A stretch of 64,000 nt of DNA, taken from assembly GCA_963713975.1 (NCBI GenBank), contig OY970218.1, positions 3,424,001 through 3,488,000 on the forward strand, written 5' to 3'. Source of the DNA: an uncultured Chloroflexia bacterium. Its GTDB lineage: Bacteria; Chloroflexota; Limnocylindria; Limnocylindrales; CSP1-4. Below, piece by piece: positions 57,882 through 64,000 of this stretch; within the stretch, counting starts at the first letter, position 1; every line of letters starts with the position of its first letter. The notes beneath the pieces were generated by a model. The model did not search any database. It saw only the letters and a program-made list of their open reading frames with translations, and was not told the origin of the DNA. A program made the position numbers and the translations under genes.

Positions 57882-59764
57882 AGGAGCTCCCTCCGCTGGC
57901 TCTCCACCGCCGTCTCGTAGCGCTCGCGCGCCTCGGTGACGGTGTCCCTGGCACTGACCTCCGCGGGCGGCACGTCCCACCATCCCTCGTAGCCGGGAGC
58001 CCGCTTGTCCGGCGAGACGGCGACATGGATGACGGTGATCCGATCGGCTCCACGGGCCGCTGCCAGCGCGGCCCGGATCTCCTCCTCGGTCCGGGCGTAG
58101 AACGCGAGCGCGCCCATGGCCTCGGCATGCTTCTTGAAGTCGACCGGCACGTAGCCGCCGGTCAGCCGGTTGCGCTCGGGGTCCCGGAACCGCAGTTCGT
58201 TGCCGAACTGCGCGATGCCGACGCTTGCCGCGAGGTCCTTGATGCACTGGTAGCCGTGGTTGTCGAAGACGACGACCGTGATCCGGATGCCCTCCGCGAC
58301 CGCGGTCACGATCTCCGAGTTGAGCATCAGGTAGGTGCCGTCGCCGATTGCGACCACCACCTCGCGCTCCGGCTCGGCGAGCTTGACTCCGAGACCGGCC
58401 GGGATCTCGTAGCCCATGCAGGAGTAGCCGTACTCGAGGTGGTACGCCTTGGAGTCCTCGGGCCGCCACAGCTTGAGCAGGTCGCCCGGGAGGCTGCCGG
58501 CGGCACACACGACCGTGGCATGACCGCCGACGGCGTCGTTCACGATCCCGATGACCTCGGGCTGGGCCAGCTCCTCCGTCTCGCCGTTGGGCGTGCGGTG
58601 GTAGTCGACGCGCGCATCCCACTCGGCCTTGAGGTCGGCGATCCGCTGCCGGTACTCGGGCGAGGTGCCCAGGTGTCCGGCCTCGGCCAGCCCGCTCGCG
58701 ATGGCGGCCAGCGCCTCGCGCGCATCCGCGACGACCGGGACGGAGCGCAGCTTGGCCGCGTCGAAGCCGTTCACGTTGATCCCGACGAATTTGGCGTTCG
58801 GGTCCTGGAACTGGGTCTTGGAGGCCGTGACGAAGTCGCCCAGCCGCGTGCCGACCGCGATCACCAGATCCGCCTCGCGGGCCAGCCGGTTGGCCGCCAG
58901 GCCACCTGCCGCGCCGATCGGACCGGCGTTGAGGGCATGGTTCCAGGGCAGGACGCCCTTGCCGGCCTGCGACTCCGTGACCGGGATCCCGAAGCGGGTG
59001 GCCAGGTCGTCGAGCACCGCCTCGGCACCCGAGTAGATCGCCCCGCCGCCGGCGATGATGATCGGCCGCTTGGCCGACCGGATCAGGTCCACCACCTCCG
59101 CCACGACCTCACCATCCGGGCGGGGCCGGCGGACGCGCCAGACGCGGCGCTCGAAGAAGCGCTCCGGCCACTCGTAGACCTCGGACTGCACGTCCTCCGG
59201 CAGGGAGATCGTGACGGCGCCGGTCTCGGCCGGGTCGGTGAGGACCCGGAAGGCTTCGGGAAGGCTGGACAGCAGCTGCTCGGGGCGGGAGATCCGGTCG
59301 AAGTAGCGGGAGACCGGGCGGAAGGCGTCCGATGCGGAGACGTCGCGCTCCACCGGGTGCTCGACCTGCTGGAGCACCGGATCCGGCAGGCGGTTGGCGA
59401 AGTAGTCGCTCGGAAACAGCAGGACGGGCAGCCGGTTGATCGTGGCGCCCGCGGCGCCCGTGATCATGTTGGTGGCGCCCGGGCCGATGGACGACATGCA
59501 GGCGAACGTCTGGAGCCGGTTCTTGTGCTTCGCGTACGCCGCCGCCAGGTGCACCTGCGCCTGCTCGTTCTGCGGCCGGTAGTACGGCATCGCGCACTCG
59601 TCGCCCAGCTCCTCGAGGGCCTGCCCAAGGCCGGCCACGTTGCCATGCCCGAAGATCCCCCACACGCCCGCGATGAAGCGGGTCTGTTCGCCGTCGCGCT
59701 CGATGTACTGCTCCGCAAGGAAGCGGACGATGGCCTGCCCCACCGTCAGCCGGACCGTGCTCAA
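57878..59764 (-). CDS. iolD: 3D-(3,5/4)-trihydroxycyclohexane-1,2-dione acylhydrolase (ThDP-dependent)
   Basis: VRLTVGQA, GIFGHGNVAGLGQAL, NEQ, SIGPGATN, AAGSLPGDL, YHLEYGYSCMGYEI, GDGTYLM; TTG start with GGAGAGGAG RBS. Confidence 0.95.
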   Translation of the reverse strand: MSTVRLTVGQAIVRFLAEQYIERDGEQTRFIAGVWGIFGHGNVAGLGQALEELGDECAMPYYRPQNEQAQVHLAAAYAKHKNRLQTFACMSSIGPGATNMITGAAGATINRLPVLLFPSDYFANRLPDPVLQQVEHPVERDVSASDAFRPVSRYFDRISRPEQLLSSLPEAFRVLTDPAETGAVTISLPEDVQSEVYEWPERFFERRVWRVRRPRPDGEVVAEVVDLIRSAKRPIIIAGGGAIYSGAEAVLDDLATRFGIPVTESQAGKGVLPWNHALNAGPIGAAGGLAANRLAREADLVIAVGTRLGDFVTASKTQFQDPNAKFVGINVNGFDAAKLRSVPVVADAREALAAIASGLAEAGHLGTSPEYRQRIADLKAEWDARVDYHRTPNGETEELAQPEVIGIVNDAVGGHATVVCAAGSLPGDLLKLWRPEDSKAYHLEYGYSCMGYEIPAGLGVKLAEPEREVVVAIGDGTYLMLNSEIVTAVAEGIRITVVVFDNHGYQCIKDLAASVGIAQFGNELRFRDPERNRLTGGYVPVDFKKHAEAMGALAFYARTEEEIRAALAAARGADRITVIHVAVSPDKRAPGYEGWWDVPPAEVSARDTVTEARERYETAVESQRRELL

Positions 59765-59834
59765 GTGAACGCTCCTCTCCACTGGCAGGGCTCCCGGAGC
59801 GTGCTGCTCCCGCCGTGCCGCCCGCGCACCGTGG

Positions 59835-59876
59835 TGCAATCGATTACAAGTGTAGCGTCCCGGGCGCCTCGGTCAA
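59835..59876 (-). promoter_or_regulatory. sigma70 promoter and IolR operator for iolD
   Basis: TTGACC-16 nt-TACACT immediately followed by operator TGCAATCGATTACA (59835-59848). Confidence 0.82.
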
Positions 59877-59982
59877 CCCCCCGGGGTGCGGAGGCCGACC
59901 GTCACGACGCCTTGCAACCGGGCCGGGCCCGTGGGACGCGACCCACCACGGCCGGGAACCATCTGCCGTCCGCAGGAGCCGA

Positions 59983-60081
59983 GGGCCCGCGGAGCGACGG
60001 CTTGATTGCCCAGGGGCATCGCTGGCGGCGCTGGCACGCCGGGCGATGCCCGGCACGTGTCAACCCGGCGCCGCGGACCCC
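59983..60081. repeat. Intergenic imperfect palindrome
   Basis: CCGCGG..TTGA..GGGCATCGC / GCGATGCCC..TCAA..CCGCGG nested arms. Confidence 0.55.
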
Positions 60082-60252
60082 TTCGCAGCCAGACAACCGG
60101 TCGTCCTGATAACGGTGTGGCATCAGCTAAGGCGGTGGGTACGCAGCTCCACCACGGATGCCACGGGAACGGCGGTGGCTCGCCCGCGCGTCCCCATCAC
60201 GACGTGCGGAGCCCGCGTCCATGGACCCCGGCCGCCGGGCGGCCCGTGGATC

Positions 60253-60357
60253 GCTCGTGGCCTCTGTCTTGCTCGCTGTGGCGAGCATCGGGCCGGCCTC
60301 ATCGCCGAATCCGGGCCCCCCTGCTCGCCATATGCGAGCGAAACAGCGGTTGTGGGC
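60253..60357. repeat. Intergenic imperfect palindrome
   Basis: CTGT..GCTCGCTGTGGCGAGCA..GGGCC / GGCCC..TGCTCGCCATATGCGAGC..ACAG. Confidence 0.6.
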
Positions 60358-60489
60358 CGTTCCTCGCTCGCCCCGCGGCCTGGGGGCAGCGGCCCGCGGC
60401 CGGGGGCTCGCGCCGCGGGTCACTGCCTTACCGGCGGGCGATGTGGTCCGGCCGAGTCGGCCCCGACGAGGCGACCGTGCTTCCCCATC

Positions 60490-60534
60490 TTGACGACCGA
60501 CCGTGCGTACCCTTAGGCTGAGAAATCGATTACG
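60490..60534 (+). promoter_or_regulatory. sigma70 promoter and operator of the LacI gene (autoregulation)
   Basis: TTGACG-18 nt-TAGGCT followed by AGAAATCGATTACG (60521-60534). Confidence 0.75.
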
Positions 60535-60655
60535 CGTACTCAGCGCGTGGTCCACCGTCAGGCCAGGCCAGCTGGAGGCAGAGGCAGATGGAGGCAGGTC
60601 CGAACCGCGTCGCCGCAGCCTCAGACGGGATCGCCCTCCCCGCGTGGTGCCGGTG

Positions 60656-61693
60656 ATGGAGCGAGCCGTCCCGGCCACGATCAGCGATGTCGCCCACCGG
60701 GCGGGCGTGAGCACCGCCACCGTGAGCCGGGTCCTGGCGGGCATCGGCAATCCCAAGCCCGACACGGCGGCCGCGGTGCTGGCCGCGGTGGGCGAGCTGG
60801 GCTACCGTCCCTCGGGTGTTGCGCGATCGCTCCGTATGCGGCGGACACGCACCCTGGGGCTGATCGTCACCGACATCCAGAACCCCTTCTTCCCGGAGCT
60901 CGTGCAGGCCGCAGACCTCGCCGCCCGCAGCCTCGACTACTCGATCATCCTGGGCAGCGCCGCCTACGACGAGCATCGCGCGATGCACTACCTGGACCTG
61001 ATGGTGGACCGTCGCGTGGATGGCCTGATCATCGCCTCGAGCCAGCTGTCCGACGAGAGCTGGCAGTGGCTGGCCCGCTCACCCGTACCGGTGGTCGTCG
61101 TAAACGCGGAGCCTACCGGCGTACCCGTGTCCGTGATCACCAGCGACAACGCGGGCGGCACCCGGATCGCCGTCGAGCACCTGGTCGGCCTGGGCCATCG
61201 CAGGATCGCCTACATCCGCGGCTACGAGGGATTCACGGCCGACGTGCCCCGCGTCGAAGGGTACCGGCAGGCTTGCGCCGCGGCGGGCATCCCGGCTGCG
61301 GACATGGTGGAGATCCGGGGCGACGGACAGTTCGAGGGCGGCGAGAGCGCCATGGCGGAGCTGCTCGCGAGGGGCTCGGACGTGACCGCAGTGATGTGCC
61401 ACAACGACGTGACCGCGATCGGGGCTATGCGCGCCCTGCGGTCGGCCCAACGCCGTGTGCCGGCGGAGGTCAGCGTCCTGGGCTGCGACGACATCGCCGC
61501 CGCATCCTGGGTCGTGCCCGCGCTGACGACGGTTGCCCAGCAGAAGGCGGAGATGGGCCGGATGGCGGTGGAGCGGATGGCCGCCGCGCTCGACGACCCG
61601 GACGCGCTTGCACCGGCGGAGACGACCCGGATCCCCATGGTGCTCCAGGTCCGAGAATCCACGGGGCCCGCCCCGGCTGCCGGAGCGACCTGA
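60656..61693 (+). CDS. LacI family transcriptional repressor (IolR-like)
   Basis: TISDVAHRAGVSTATVSRVL, LGYRPS..ARSL, NPFF, CHNDVTAIG, GCDD, LTTV. Confidence 0.92.
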   Translation: MERAVPATISDVAHRAGVSTATVSRVLAGIGNPKPDTAAAVLAAVGELGYRPSGVARSLRMRRTRTLGLIVTDIQNPFFPELVQAADLAARSLDYSIILGSAAYDEHRAMHYLDLMVDRRVDGLIIASSQLSDESWQWLARSPVPVVVVNAEPTGVPVSVITSDNAGGTRIAVEHLVGLGHRRIAYIRGYEGFTADVPRVEGYRQACAAAGIPAADMVEIRGDGQFEGGESAMAELLARGSDVTAVMCHNDVTAIGAMRALRSAQRRVPAEVSVLGCDDIAAASWVVPALTTVAQQKAEMGRMAVERMAAALDDPDALAPAETTRIPMVLQVRESTGPAPAAGAT

Positions 61694-61821
61694 TCGTGAC
61701 CAAGGTGCCGGAGGTGCCCCTCGCGTTCCCGTGGCCTCCGTTCGGCCCACGGTACTGAGCCAATCGGCGTCCCATCCCTGTGCCCGGACGGGGCACCGAT
61801 CGCGACGTGGAGAGCAACCAC

Positions 61822-62721
61822 ATGATCCGCATTGCCAACGCCCCCTGTTCCTGGGGCGTCATCGAGAACGTTGCCGGCGAGACCGGTGGGTATCGCCAGG
61901 TCCTCGACGAGATGGCCGAGACAGGGTACGCCGGCACCGAGCTGGGCGACTGGGGCTTCATGCCCACCGACCCTGGGGCGCTGCAGGCCGAGATCGACTC
62001 CAGGGGCCTCGCCATGCTGGCGTCGTTCGCGACGCCCTGGCTCCAGGACCCTGCGCGCCACCGCCAGGGCGAGGAGGACGCGGTCCGGATCGGGAAGCTC
62101 CTGGCGGCGGTGGGCGGCCCTGACACCATGATCGTTGTGGGCAACGACCCGTACGGCGACCTGGTGCGCGGCCAGAACGCAGGCCGGATCACACCGGAGA
62201 TGGGCCTCTCTGACGACGGATGGGAGACCTATGCGGCCGCCGCGAACCGCCTGGCGAAGCGGGTCAAGGAGGAGGCCGGCGTGCGGACCGTCGTCCACCA
62301 GCACCTCGGCACGCTGATCGAGACCGGCGCCGAGCTCCGTCGGCTGATGGACATGACCGACCCGGACCTGCTCGGGATCTGCCTCGACACCGGCCACTGG
62401 ACGTTCGGGACGGGCGAGAGCCCCGTCGACGCCGTTCGGGAGTTCGGCGACCGGATCTGGCACGTCCACTTCAAGGACTGCGACCCGGCCGTCATGGCGG
62501 AGTCGCGTGCAAAGAAGTGGGACGGCCTGACCTCCACCGGCCACGGCGTGTTCTGCGAGCTGGGCAAGGGCTGCGTGGACTTCCCCGGCGTCCTCGCCGC
62601 GCTCGAGGAGACCGGCTACGACGGCTGGATCGTCGTGGAACAGGACATCCTGCCGGGGATGGGCAACCCTCGCGAGAGCGCTCGGCGCAATCGCGAGTAC
62701 CTCCGCTCCATCGGCGCCTGA
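61822..62721 (+). CDS. iolE: IolE-like inosose dehydratase TIM barrel
   Basis: IANAPCSWG, GYAGTELG, HQHLGT.IET, CLDTGH, HVHFKD, ELGKG, GWIVVEQD. Confidence 0.78.
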   Translation: MIRIANAPCSWGVIENVAGETGGYRQVLDEMAETGYAGTELGDWGFMPTDPGALQAEIDSRGLAMLASFATPWLQDPARHRQGEEDAVRIGKLLAAVGGPDTMIVVGNDPYGDLVRGQNAGRITPEMGLSDDGWETYAAAANRLAKRVKEEAGVRTVVHQHLGTLIETGAELRRLMDMTDPDLLGICLDTGHWTFGTGESPVDAVREFGDRIWHVHFKDCDPAVMAESRAKKWDGLTSTGHGVFCELGKGCVDFPGVLAALEETGYDGWIVVEQDILPGMGNPRESARRNREYLRSIGA

Positions 62722-62869
62722 CCCCGCGGCCAGGGCTACCCCCCGCTCCGGCGGCGGCTCACCAGGGCGTCGCGCATCGACAGATACGTGCCAGAAGGCT
62801 ACTATTAGGCGACGCGCCAGTCCCGCCGCGCCTCGCGGCACTCCCGGGCCCGGCCCCAGGGAGGACGCC

Positions 62870-64000
62870 ATGTCCCGACAGCAGATGACCATGCCTCCAG
62901 GGCGACAGCGGTCGGCAGCGACGCCGAAGGCCGAGCGACTCGTCGTCGTCGCCAACCGGCTGCCGATCACCGTCCGCCGGACCGGAGGCCGCTGGCACGG
63001 CGAGCGGAGCGGCGGCGGTCTCGTCGCGGCACTGGCGCCGATCATGGAGCGCGCGGGTGGCCTGTGGGTCGGCTGGCCGGGTGATGCACCCACGGCCAAC
63101 GCCGAGGGCCGGGCAGAGGTGCTCCGCGAGCTGGAGCGGGAGCATTCCCTCGCCGCCGTGGAACTGCCCCCGAAGATCAGCCGAGCCTTCTACGAGGGGT
63201 ACAGCAACAACACCCTCTGGCCGCTGCTCCACGGGTTCCCGTCGCGAGTCACCCTGGACCGTGAGACCTTCCACGCGTACCGCGACGCGAACCAGCGGTT
63301 CGCCGACGCCGTGCTCGACCGGCTCCTCCCGGACGATCTGGTCTGGGTCCACGACTACCAGCTGCTGCTGGTGCCCCGCCTCCTCCGCGAGCAGCGGCCG
63401 GGGGTGCGGGTCGCGTTCTTCCTGCATGTCCCGTTCCCGCCGCCGGAGGTCTTCCGGATCCTGCCCCAGCGCGAGGAGATCCTGACCGGTCTGCTGGGCG
63501 CGGACGTGATCGGCTTCCAGACCCACGAGCACCTCGGGGCCTTCCGGCGGACGCTCCTCCAGGTGCTCGGCATCGAGAGCCGGATGGACAGGGTCGAGAT
63601 CGACGGTCGAACCGTCAAGCTCGAGGCGCAGCCGATCGGGATCGTGCCCGACGAGTGGGAGCACCTCGTCGCCGCCGACGCGGGCGTCGCCCGGCGCATC
63701 CGCGAGATCCAGGGCCGCCACGCCGGGCGCCGGCTCGTGCTCGCTGTCGACCGCCTCGACTACACGAAGGGCATCCCGGAGCGGCTCCGAGCATTCCACC
63801 ACTTCCTGGTCTCGCGACCCTCCTGGCGGGGCAAGGTGACGCTCCTCCAGGTGGCCGTGCCGTCACGGGAGCGGGTTGCGAGGTATGCGGCCCTCAGCCG
63901 CGACGTCAACGAGCTGGTCGGGGAAGTCAATGGGGAGCTCGGGACGGCCGAGTGGAACCCCGTCATCTACCTACGCCGGTCGATCTCCCGGGCGGAGCTC
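62870..64000 (+). CDS. otsA: Trehalose-6-phosphate synthase (3'-truncated by window)
   Basis: Own translation: LVVVANRLP, GGLVAAL, WVGWPG, FYEGYSNNTLWPLLH, VWVHDYQL, FFLHVPFP, AVDRLDYTKGI, QVAVPSRE; GGAGG RBS. Confidence 0.93.
   Translation, partial: MSRQQMTMPPGRQRSAATPKAERLVVVANRLPITVRRTGGRWHGERSGGGLVAALAPIMERAGGLWVGWPGDAPTANAEGRAEVLRELEREHSLAAVELPPKISRAFYEGYSNNTLWPLLHGFPSRVTLDRETFHAYRDANQRFADAVLDRLLPDDLVWVHDYQLLLVPRLLREQRPGVRVAFFLHVPFPPPEVFRILPQREEILTGLLGADVIGFQTHEHLGAFRRTLLQVLGIESRMDRVEIDGRTVKLEAQPIGIVPDEWEHLVAADAGVARRIREIQGRHAGRRLVLAVDRLDYTKGIPERLRAFHHFLVSRPSWRGKVTLLQVAVPSRERVARYAALSRDVNELVGEVNGELGTAEWNPVIYLRRSISRAEL

Overview
Very GC-rich bacterial chromosomal window. Gene style suggests Chloroflexota/Actinomycetota-like soil or freshwater lineages, but this is inference only. 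1-14.3 kb: metabolic genes and three ABC exporter loci. 14.3-39.4 kb: an accessory/DNA-transaction region with four helicases (UvrD2-like, RecQ-PRTase, UvrD-nuclease, NERD-helicase), three toxin-antitoxin pairs, a frameshifted DprA remnant and an AspBHI-like modification-dependent restriction endonuclease. 44-62.7 kb: a LacI-controlled inositol catabolism cluster with five palindromic operators, whose last operon ends in a corrinoid protein and a URO-D-fold enzyme. The window ends in otsA. The most striking unexplained signal is a family of seven dispersed long imperfect palindromes, six of them 146 bp by manual count. Two closely matched direct-repeat pairs each bracket a single gene: an HTH + PD-(D/E)XK-like nuclease gene and an EamA gene. 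This suggests an undescribed REP/cassette-like mobile system. No rRNA, tRNA, CRISPR array, transposase or integrase was recognised.
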